A stretch of DNA of 32,000 bases from Promethearchaeota archaeon. GTDB taxonomy: Archaea; Asgardarchaeota; Lokiarchaeia; Sigyniarchaeales; Promethearchaeaceae. The DNA lies in the NCBI GenBank assembly GCA_016933055.1, contig JAFGBS010000009.1, forward strand, positions 510,001 through 542,000. The letters are read 5' to 3'. Below are positions 8,797 to 17,037 of this stretch, piece after piece. How positions within the stretch are numbered: position 1 is the stretch's first letter; the number at the start of each line of letters is the position of its first letter. The position numbers and the translations under genes are program-made. The notes under the pieces are model-generated. The model did no database searches. It saw only the letters and a list, made by a program, of their open reading frames with translations, and had not been told where the DNA came from.

Positions 8797-10482
8797 TTAA
8801 TCGACTTCAGGTTGGAAATCAGATAATTCCTTGGATGCATCTAATTCTTCTTCGTACTTTCTTTTGAGCCCCCACTTTCGCCTTCTTCTATCCCGTTTAA
8901 TCATTTTTTCCTCAATCCTTGTTTGAATATGCTCATGGGGTTCTAAATCGAATCGGGTGTATCCCTCTTTACCATGAAGCTTGTCTATAGTGTGTATATA
9001 CATTAATGTGATATAGGACATATTCAAATCATTTAGAACTAATAAAGAACTCATAGAACCTACAATTCCAAATAAAATTGCACCTACGATAACCAATGGA
9101 GTTTTATTAATATCTGCAAAATACCCAATAATCCATGCAATCGTACCTCCTAATAATGCGCTCAAACCGATAGAAGCAAATTTGATAAATTTAAACAATT
9201 TGTTCACGTTGGATTGCTTAATATACAAATCGGGTATGTTTTGTATCACTGTGTGGAGTGAACGAGGTAAAGCAAGGAAGAAAGGTTTGTCCTCAATGGA
9301 GATTGCCGGAAGTGTAAAATAGTTCATCGCTAACCATATTCTTTTATAGAGTGGGACTTCCTTTCGGAATTGTTTTCTCCATCGTAACCGTGCCAGCAAA
9401 CCAAATCTAATCCCCTTAACACCTTTACGTGCTGCACGCTTAGCTTTACGTTTCTGGCGTGCGAAGGGTTCTAGTGCCATAGGGTTCTCGGGAAGTAAAT
9501 CAAATGACGTTTTTAGGGATTCGAATAAATTTTTGGGTTCAATTTCTTTCTTAAGTAATTTTCGCACAAATTTTATAGAATGGATAATTGTCGATGTGAA
9601 TGCATATGTCATCACAGCCCACCAACGTCTGCGAGCAATTCCCCATGCATGCCACCAAGATAAATTTCCGCCACGATACCAATGATGAACCATATTTATT
9701 TTCATTGTTAAGGTCACAAAGATCACAATATATACCAGAAACACGAATGCAACTGAATATCCAATATATGCCCATGTTTCCGTAATCTCGATACTTTTTC
9801 CATAAAACTCAATAGTAGTTCCGTCAAAACTGTCTAAGCCTAAGAAGGTATTGGCCGTGAACACGAAATGGAAGAATAATAAGGTAAATATCCAGAATGT
9901 TTGTACAAATTGAGGTACTAACAGTTTTCTTTCTTGCCAGACGACCAAACAACTCATTTTCGTATATTCCACAGCAAGTGCAAATTTTTTGTGCCAGATC
10001 GTCATAATAACGATTTGGAGAACTAACGGGACTAGAAATATCCACCGTAACCACCAAGGATAATCAGGAAAATTTGAGGGAGATAAATAATAAAAAATAA
10101 GCCCAAACATTATCATTTGGAGGATAGCAGTACCATACATGAACCACGCGGCCCATTTACTGAAGAATCGAACTATTAGATAATTTACTCCCAATGTGAG
10201 GATGTATACTGCAATAAACGCAACTGCAACCTGCCAGGCATTCCCTAAAACAAGATCTGCGACACCCTGGGGGATCAATCCGCTTATTGCTTCATATTGA
10301 GTCTGGATGTATTTGATAAAATCTACCAATCGTACAACTCCCCATGCATAATAACCTCCAAATACGAGGATTAGGATGATCTCCCCCAACACATCAAAAA
10401 ATCCATGCCCAGCATATCGATACGATTTCAAATCAAACGTACCATCTTCTAAATAAAATTGTTTGTAATTTGAAAAAAACAT
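8797..10482 (-). CDS. Polytopic membrane protein (about 10 TM), choline-transporter-like (SLC44/CTL/PNS1) candidate
   Basis: Hydrophobic pattern plus CTL-like segments in the expected order: FFDVLGEIILILVFGGY, KFALAVEYTKMSCLVVWQERKLLVP, HHWY after TM6, MNYFTLPAISIEDKPFFLALPRS...N, SYITLMY near the C-terminus. Recognised by eye only. Confidence 0.6.
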   Translation of the reverse strand: MFFSNYKQFYLEDGTFDLKSYRYAGHGFFDVLGEIILILVFGGYYAWGVVRLVDFIKYIQTQYEAISGLIPQGVADLVLGNAWQVAVAFIAVYILTLGVNYLIVRFFSKWAAWFMYGTAILQMIMFGLIFYYLSPSNFPDYPWWLRWIFLVPLVLQIVIMTIWHKKFALAVEYTKMSCLVVWQERKLLVPQFVQTFWIFTLLFFHFVFTANTFLGLDSFDGTTIEFYGKSIEITETWAYIGYSVAFVFLVYIVIFVTLTMKINMVHHWYRGGNLSWWHAWGIARRRWWAVMTYAFTSTIIHSIKFVRKLLKKEIEPKNLFESLKTSFDLLPENPMALEPFARQKRKAKRAARKGVKGIRFGLLARLRWRKQFRKEVPLYKRIWLAMNYFTLPAISIEDKPFFLALPRSLHTVIQNIPDLYIKQSNVNKLFKFIKFASIGLSALLGGTIAWIIGYFADINKTPLVIVGAILFGIVGSMSSLLVLNDLNMSYITLMYIHTIDKLHGKEGYTRFDLEPHEHIQTRIEEKMIKRDRRRRKWGLKRKYEEELDASKELSDFQPEVD

Positions 10483-10645
10483 AGTTTTTCAACCTTTTTT
10501 TTTTGTAAGAATAAAGCGAAAGTTAGGGGTAAAAATATATGGTTAGATTTGAAGAAAACCTATCGCAAGGGAATTTATGTAATTCATAAAATCCTCTTGT
10601 CAGATCATCTGAATAGTAAATTTATATAGAAAAAAAGATTTAAAC

Positions 10646-10900
10646 TCAGTTTCCACCTGCTTGAGTTGCCATAACGGTGATTATGTCTTTTTTTGGATGG
10701 ATACCGACTTTATTGAACTTAATATTGTCCGGGAGAACCTTTCCTTTATAGATGAACTGGATTGCTAGGATAGGATTCAATTTATATTCTTGTTGAACTG
10801 CTTTCTTAATTTCTCCAATTGGTTTCTCAGGATCGAGTTCTATCATTTTCATAGCCTGATCAGGTGGAACACCTGTAAGCCGAAATCGGAATTGTGCCAT
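10646..10900 (-). CDS. Ubiquitin-like protein (eukaryote-type beta-grasp) ending in GG-N
   Basis: IGEIKKAVQQEY, IQFIYKGKVLPD (cf. ubiquitin RLIFAGKQLED), C-terminal TQAGGN-stop. Confidence 0.85.
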   Translation of the reverse strand: MAQFRFRLTGVPPDQAMKMIELDPEKPIGEIKKAVQQEYKLNPILAIQFIYKGKVLPDNIKFNKVGIHPKKDIITVMATQAGGN

Positions 10901-10996
10901 ATTTTTTACCTTTTTTAATTTTTAACCTTATATTTCACACTTTTATTTTTTTTAAGATTGTATATAATAGTTAGTTTTATGTTCGTAATAATGTAT

Positions 10997-11269
10997 TCAT
11001 TGATTAGTCAAATATTGGGTGGTGATAAGCGTGCTGGTCTTATTTACTCCTTCGATTTTACGCATTCTCATTACTAATCTAGTTAATTCTGGGAGAGAAT
11101 TTACCTTTATCTTAACTAAAATGTCCCACTCCCCATATATCAAATAGGTTTCAAGTACTTCTCTCATTTCCTTAAGTTCCCGTATTAACTGTTCCGTTTG
11201 ATCCGAGGATGTAAGCAACAATAAAAATGCAACCACATCCTCATCATGCTTTATGTTCGGTTGTTCCAT
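10997..11269 (-). CDS. Stand-alone Lrp/AsnC ligand-binding (RAM) domain protein
   Basis: EVLETYLIYGEWDILVKIKV...LTRLV...KIEGVNKTSTLI; no N-terminal HTH. GGTGA precedes the ATG at 11269, preferred over the track start 11281. Confidence 0.85.
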   Translation of the reverse strand: MEQPNIKHDEDVVAFLLLLTSSDQTEQLIRELKEMREVLETYLIYGEWDILVKIKVNSLPELTRLVMRMRKIEGVNKTSTLITTQYLTNQ

Positions 11270-11330
11270 TTTTTCACCCAATGAGGTAAGATGATGCCTT
11301 TTGTATTTTATTTCTAACTAATTTTGCATT

Positions 11331-11822
11331 TTAATCTGACGGTATTACGATCATGAATTGGCAATGGGATGTTCTTCCTTGAAGTCTGCATTCTAATTCT
11401 TGAGCAAAACACCGTTTATTCGAAATATGTTCTACTATTCCTGCAAATACCCCAGCTTCAAAGGAACAAAATGAATTATCTGATGGAATCGAAGTAGGGA
11501 GATCTTTACAAGAATTACATTCAGCTAAATGAAACGTAATATGCCCCACATCTTTTTCATCAATTACGATTTGTCCTAAATGGTATTGTTTCGTAACTTC
11601 TATGAATTTAGCAATAATCTGATCAATATCTGTAATAGGACCGTTCCTAATTTCAATTTTTGACCCTAGTTCATGTCCTACATAATAAAATATAGCAGAT
11701 AGTTGTTCCCCCAAAGCAAATAATGCTCCTACCTTCAAATTACCAATATCTTCCCCTTGTAATAGGCGCATTTTCATTTTTCGCAACATTTCTTCCAGTA
11801 ATTTTCTGTCCATTCTATTCAC
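11331..11822 (-). CDS. V4R-domain protein
   Basis: FHLAECNSC...FCSFEAGVFAGIVE...AQELECRLQGRTSHCQF matches the V4R Cys pattern. Confidence 0.85.
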   Translation of the reverse strand: MNRMDRKLLEEMLRKMKMRLLQGEDIGNLKVGALFALGEQLSAIFYYVGHELGSKIEIRNGPITDIDQIIAKFIEVTKQYHLGQIVIDEKDVGHITFHLAECNSCKDLPTSIPSDNSFCSFEAGVFAGIVEHISNKRCFAQELECRLQGRTSHCQFMIVIPSD

Positions 11823-11825
11823 CTT

Positions 11826-12134
11826 TTAAGGTTCTTCTTCTTCTTCTAAGCTTACCGAGGAAAGGAATCCTTGAAGAATAGTATCAACAATATCTTGTTC
11901 ATCCATAATATGAGTAAGGCGTTTATTTCCTACAATGATTGAAGGAACACTAAGAATATTATTCTTCCTAGCAAGTTCCATTTCATCAGTGAGAGAAACA
12001 TCGATTTTTTGTATAAATAATTGGTTCCCAAATAGGGAAAGATTAATTCTAGCTAGCATCCTCTCCACATTTTTACATGGCGCGCAATATTTCGATGTAT
12101 AAAACTGGATCACTGGATACAATACTTCAATCAC
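11826..12134 (-). CDS. Thioredoxin-family protein
   Basis: FYTSKYCAPCK (CAPC) and ILSVPSIIV cis-Pro loop. Confidence 0.88.
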   Translation of the reverse strand: MIEVLYPVIQFYTSKYCAPCKNVERMLARINLSLFGNQLFIQKIDVSLTDEMELARKNNILSVPSIIVGNKRLTHIMDEQDIVDTILQGFLSSVSLEEEEEP

Positions 12135-12144
12135 TAATATTCTT

Positions 12145-12738
12145 CTATAATTTTTTCGTCGAGATTTTTAAGGGATTGTTATCTTGAGAACGTTCGATTT
12201 CTAGATTTACGAGATGATGAATAATAGCATCAAATGCCTCATGCACATGTTCGCCAGTTTTTGCAGAAGTTTTATAGAACTTGTAGAATTTATCGATTTC
12301 AATTTTCTCTTTAATTTTGGAATCGTCAATCCTGGTTTGATCATCAATCAAATCTTGTTTATTGCCGAATAATATGGTAGGAATCACTCCTACATGACGG
12401 CGTAATTCATTATACCACGTCATTACATTTTCAAGTGTATCATCTCGGGTCAGATCAAACACAACAATTGCTCCACGGGCGCCATGGTAGAATTTGGGAC
12501 GCATAAATTCAAAATCATCTTGACCCGCAATATCCCAAAAAAGCAAGCGGACTCGAATTTCCTCATTATCGCCTAAAATTTTCTGATATCGACTGAATTG
12601 GGCACCCACCGTTTTAATGTATTCTTGATTAAAGGAACCTGCAGTATATTTTTTGATCAGACTAGTTTTTCCTACACTTGCATCGCCTATTACCACGATT
12701 TTATGGACATAGTCCTTATCAAAACCTCTGGAACTCAT
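12145..12738 (-). CDS. Rab-like small GTPase (Ras superfamily)
   Basis: G1 GDASVGKT, G2 TVG, G3 WDIAGQ, G4 NKQD, G5 SAK; FYHGARGAIVVFDLT; no C-terminal Cys. Confidence 0.93.
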   Translation of the reverse strand: MSSRGFDKDYVHKIVVIGDASVGKTSLIKKYTAGSFNQEYIKTVGAQFSRYQKILGDNEEIRVRLLFWDIAGQDDFEFMRPKFYHGARGAIVVFDLTRDDTLENVMTWYNELRRHVGVIPTILFGNKQDLIDDQTRIDDSKIKEKIEIDKFYKFYKTSAKTGEHVHEAFDAIIHHLVNLEIERSQDNNPLKISTKKL

Positions 12739-12893
12739 TCTTACTCAACTCACCATCATGTATGAATCATGATTTATGATGTCATGGGATTTTCTTTTTC
12801 GGAGTTTTTTATCCGAAAGATTTAGCTCTATCATATGTTTTGTGAAAGTACCCAAAATATGTATTCATTTGGGTACTGATAAATTTAAAATTA

Positions 12894-13382
12894 TTAAGTT
12901 TTAAATTTCGTGAAGGATCTCCAAATCCGCCAGAATATAAAATAAACAATGAAGAATAGGATAGCAGCGACACTAGAAGTATAAATTCCAATAAATGGAT
13001 CCCAAACTATGCCTATCAACCCACCTGTTACATATCCAATTACGTATGCGTATCCCCGTGTTCGTTTCATATTTGAGAATATTATAGCAGGGATTAGAAA
13101 TAGGAATGGTACAATAAAGAAACTCCAGATTCCAATGGTTGAATCCCCTGCCTGAACGGCACTTGGGTCCCAAAAACAACTGTCACAACTCTCATAACCT
13201 GTACAGAAATACATATACCAAGAAATCCATACGTTAAATACGGAAAGTACTATCCCAATAAGTATATATCCCCACCAATCATAATGATACGTGGGTTTCA
13301 TTTTCTTGTCTTGTTCACGGGGATTAATTTCTGAATCTGAGTGGTCGGAATCATTTGGGGGGGGAAAAGGGTTTTCACTCAT
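12894..13382 (-). CDS. Small membrane protein (3-4 TM) with a Cys-containing loop
   Basis: Hydrophobic helices; loop CTGYESCDSCFWDP; acidic/Pro-rich N-terminus. Confidence 0.65.
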   Translation of the reverse strand: MSENPFPPPNDSDHSDSEINPREQDKKMKPTYHYDWWGYILIGIVLSVFNVWISWYMYFCTGYESCDSCFWDPSAVQAGDSTIGIWSFFIVPFLFLIPAIIFSNMKRTRGYAYVIGYVTGGLIGIVWDPFIGIYTSSVAAILFFIVYFIFWRIWRSFTKFKT

Positions 13383-13478
13383 CGAAGTAACCTCTAAACA
13401 GAATAATCCCGGTTACTTTTTGAACTTATCCCTTCTCTCATTAATATATTTTTTAATCTGGTTGCGTTACAAGAACTT

Positions 13479-14612
13479 ATGCCAAAAATGAAATGCTACT
13501 TAACTACTCCTGTTTTTCGGGAAATTGCAAATCACCCTAAAGTGTCTATGAAAAAAAAGGAAAGAATTTTAGAATTGTGGAATAGGTTAGAAGAAGCTAC
13601 TAATCTTAAAGTTTCGGACAAGAGATTTCCCTCCAATTGTGATATAGAAGAAACTATACGAAATTGGGGAGCGCATATAATTGGATGCCACTTAAGTCAT
13701 CCGATAAGTTCTGAAATGCTCAAAGATTCAAATGTGATCGCTGTATGCACAAGTACTGCTGGTTATAATCATATAGCACAAGAACCTGGAATTCTTATAA
13801 CTCATACGCCTGGTGTATTGCATCACACTGTCGCAGATTTTACTATTTCTGTAATTCTGGCGAACCTTCGTAACATTGTAGAATTGCATAATTATGTGTG
13901 GAATGGTGACTGGCAAGCAGGCCAAAAATGGGATTTGGATGAAAATATCAACCAAACTATTGAAAATCTTACGTTAGGGATAGTTGGGTTAGGTGAAATA
14001 GGAAAAGAACTAGTCAAACGATTGTATCCGTGGGGAATTAAAATCGTATATAATGATATACAACCACAAGAAGAAATTGAAAAAAAATATTCAAGAATTC
14101 AATTCTATGACTCGTTAGAAGCTCTTTTTGCTCAATCGGATATCGTTTCCTTACATGTTCCGTTAATGAAGTCCACATATCATCTAGTTGGAGAGGAATT
14201 GCTAAAGAAAATGAAAAAAGGTGCATTACTAGTGAATACAGCACGTGGACCAATTGTGGATTTTCAAGCCCTACTTAAGTTACTCGAAAATAAAGAAATT
14301 GAAATTAATCTATCCTTTGATGTGTATGAACAAGAACCAATTGATGACTCTACATTAGAGCGATTCAAAAACGTAGTTACGCAAAATCCTTTTCTTCGAT
14401 TTATCTTCATCCCACACAATGCATCCGCAGATTCAGAAACAAGAGCTAAAATGGCGATTATGATACTGGAAGACATGATTAGCATTGCTGAATCCAATTC
14501 TGGTGAAGATTTATCCTCAATTCGGTTAATACCTGAACAAAGAAAGCTTCGAGATGAAAAGAAATATTACAATTTCAAGATAAATAATATGTGGGGAAAT
14601 AAGAAAAATTAG
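13479..14612 (+). CDS. D-isomer-specific 2-hydroxyacid dehydrogenase (glyoxylate/hydroxypyruvate reductase-like)
   Basis: GIVGLGEIG Rossmann motif, SLHVPL, LVNTARGPIVD, DVYEQEP, catalytic His in PHNAS. Confidence 0.9.
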   Translation: MPKMKCYLTTPVFREIANHPKVSMKKKERILELWNRLEEATNLKVSDKRFPSNCDIEETIRNWGAHIIGCHLSHPISSEMLKDSNVIAVCTSTAGYNHIAQEPGILITHTPGVLHHTVADFTISVILANLRNIVELHNYVWNGDWQAGQKWDLDENINQTIENLTLGIVGLGEIGKELVKRLYPWGIKIVYNDIQPQEEIEKKYSRIQFYDSLEALFAQSDIVSLHVPLMKSTYHLVGEELLKKMKKGALLVNTARGPIVDFQALLKLLENKEIEINLSFDVYEQEPIDDSTLERFKNVVTQNPFLRFIFIPHNASADSETRAKMAIMILEDMISIAESNSGEDLSSIRLIPEQRKLRDEKKYYNFKINNMWGNKKN

Positions 14613-14784
14613 AAATTTTTCATAAACTTCATGTAATAATGAATAGTATCTTACCTAAACTTGTCATTAGAAATACTGACATAATTATTAGGAATATTCT
14701 CATAAACTAGATTTAAACCTAAAAATTTCGATAAAAGGAATTAACACATAGTATGTCAAATATAAGCACCCAGCGTGTGTAAAG

Positions 14785-15807
14785 ATGAGCATCCGATTCT
14801 ATAATCCTCCACCAGTTCTTTTAGCAAAAGGAAATAAGGAAGGTGTAGATATTGGTGGAGCATTATCTATTATTGCCATGGATAAGGTAAATCATTTACA
14901 CATTGTAGACAATATTTTCTCAGAACTTTCTTGGGGCAAATTTTGGGAAGATCCCGCACTTTCGGATCAAATTCAGGATTTTACGGTGAAACATGAAGAC
15001 AATGAGGGATTATTCGATTCACAAAAATTAATTTTTCGATTGGTGAAGGCTTTTGAGAAAATTCGATCGAATGGCTGGATCTTTTATGGAATTGGGGATT
15101 TTGAATCCAATTCGTTCATGGATGCACTATGTATGGATCTAGATTATGGATATGTTCAACAATTGATGGAAGAGCATAAACGAGTTCGGGATCAACAAAA
15201 ATTTCCAATCCTATTAGATGAAAACTTTACCGAGAAAAGTTATATCGCTACGAAATTTAACGGAAATGGGTATCAATATTTTCATTACTCAAATACTAAT
15301 CCTCTTGAGAATGATCTTTATTCTGTTATTGAACGGATGAATGCTATGACTGGTTATGTTACAGGAATTATTTGTACTGCTCAAGGAGCGGCAAATTTTT
15401 ATGTTATAAGTGAAACTATGAGATCTTTGAGACATAAAGCAGAGATACGTATGAATACCAACACCCTAGAGGAAGCCTTAGAACTTATCAGAAAAAATGT
15501 GATCTATCCTATCAGTTGGTTCCGAATAGATCTTAGTTTAAGTTCTTTGAAAACTCTTGAGCAATGGAAAGATATTAAAGACGATGAGCAGTTAAAATTT
15601 GCACTTCGAGCATATTTTGAATATGTAAAAACAGATTTGAAAGAAATTCATGATCTTAATAAACAACGAAAGCAAAATCAAGTAGAAATGGAAGAAATCA
15701 ATATTGCTGAATTATCGGAGGACCAAATTGATGATGATATCAGTAAAATTGAAGATCTTTTGAAAATGAGTGATCTAGGCTTATTTGATAAGAAACCGGA
15801 AATTTGA
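14785..15807 (+). CDS. Hypothetical soluble protein with acidic helical C-terminus
   Basis: 340-aa ORF with protein-like composition filling the gap between two recognisable genes; no family recognised. Confidence 0.7.
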   Translation: MSIRFYNPPPVLLAKGNKEGVDIGGALSIIAMDKVNHLHIVDNIFSELSWGKFWEDPALSDQIQDFTVKHEDNEGLFDSQKLIFRLVKAFEKIRSNGWIFYGIGDFESNSFMDALCMDLDYGYVQQLMEEHKRVRDQQKFPILLDENFTEKSYIATKFNGNGYQYFHYSNTNPLENDLYSVIERMNAMTGYVTGIICTAQGAANFYVISETMRSLRHKAEIRMNTNTLEEALELIRKNVIYPISWFRIDLSLSSLKTLEQWKDIKDDEQLKFALRAYFEYVKTDLKEIHDLNKQRKQNQVEMEEINIAELSEDQIDDDISKIEDLLKMSDLGLFDKKPEI

Positions 15808-15825
15808 ACATCGGTACATTAATTA

Positions 15826-17031
15826 TCAGAGAAAAATAATTGCACAAATTCCTAGTGCCCCGAATATGGCTGTAATTATTGATGCCATTATCGCATTTTT
15901 CAAAAAAACCCCCATATTAGGTTGGGATCCAAGAATTTGTTCGTAAATTTTCTTAATTTCCAAAAATCGTGTATTTGAGCTAAAATTACAAAGTAACTTT
16001 TGCATTTGATTATAATCATACTCAGGAAAACAGTTCTTAATCATCCCCCAAATCGCAACAAATTTTGCAGCCGAAACACTCGTACCAGAAAATATACGGT
16101 AATGCGATCGGGCTGAAGCTTGATTACCTAATATTCCATGGAATGAAATAGCAGAATTCATATTTTCCCCCTTAATGTAATAATCTGGTTTTTTTATGTT
16201 CCGAGAGGAGAAAAACGAGATTTTATTTGAGGGACTTAAAGATCCAATACAATAGGATTTAGGAATTTCAGCACTAAATCCCAACGTATTCTTTTCTGGT
16301 CCAAAATTCCCTGCTGGAATCACAATTGAGATTCCATTTTCCACGAATTTTCTACATGCTTGTGAGAGTACATCATCCCCATCCGAGGGAGTAGGAGAAG
16401 AACATCCAAACAATAGGATATCAAATCTCTTCCAATATATTTGTTCTAAACCAAAAAGAACATCGGATGCAAAAATTAAACCTGATTTTTTAACTATTTT
16501 TACATCAATGATTTCTGATTTGGGTAGATATTTTGCTACAATGCCTGCTATAAGAGTTCCATGACCAATAATGTCATCCCATGTTTCATTAGTAATATCA
16601 ATTTTGGATATTTTATTTCTTCGAAAGATCGGGTGATTTTGATCAATCCCCGTATCAATAAGCGCAATCTTTAGACCACTACCAAGTTTTTTTTTATTCT
16701 TGACCGTATGAATTCTAGTTGATTTTTCGAAATTTCCTTTCTCCTGTGAAACATGAGATAAGTAGCATCTATAATTAATATCAATGGTTTGAATTATATT
16801 TAGTGAAGATAAATATGTGATATCTGTTTTATCACATCTAACAAATAAAATTGGCAATATTGTAAATCGATAGAGTATTTTTATGCCATTTTTTCGAATT
16901 TTTTGTTCTAATTCAAATTTGGTTAAATTTTCAGTTAGTTCAAAAACGAGAAAAAGTTCGATTTGTTTTATATCTTCATTCTGTTCTAAATATTCGATTA
17001 AACCTGAAGTAAAGTGATTGCTATGTAACAC
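15826..17031 (-). CDS. S8 subtilisin-like serine protease with pro-domain and C-terminal TM anchor
   Basis: ALIDTGID (Asp), GHGTLIAG (His), PAGN (oxyanion Asn), SGTSVSAA (Ser); terminal hydrophobic helix. Confidence 0.85.
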   Translation of the reverse strand: MLHSNHFTSGLIEYLEQNEDIKQIELFLVFELTENLTKFELEQKIRKNGIKILYRFTILPILFVRCDKTDITYLSSLNIIQTIDINYRCYLSHVSQEKGNFEKSTRIHTVKNKKKLGSGLKIALIDTGIDQNHPIFRRNKISKIDITNETWDDIIGHGTLIAGIVAKYLPKSEIIDVKIVKKSGLIFASDVLFGLEQIYWKRFDILLFGCSSPTPSDGDDVLSQACRKFVENGISIVIPAGNFGPEKNTLGFSAEIPKSYCIGSLSPSNKISFFSSRNIKKPDYYIKGENMNSAISFHGILGNQASARSHYRIFSGTSVSAAKFVAIWGMIKNCFPEYDYNQMQKLLCNFSSNTRFLEIKKIYEQILGSQPNMGVFLKNAIMASIITAIFGALGICAIIFL

Positions 17032-17037
17032 ATCTAT

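Noticed and set aside
10646-10648. TGA stop of the Ubl as selenocysteine
   Set aside because: Followed by GTT TAA; readthrough adds only two residues and no SECIS is evident.
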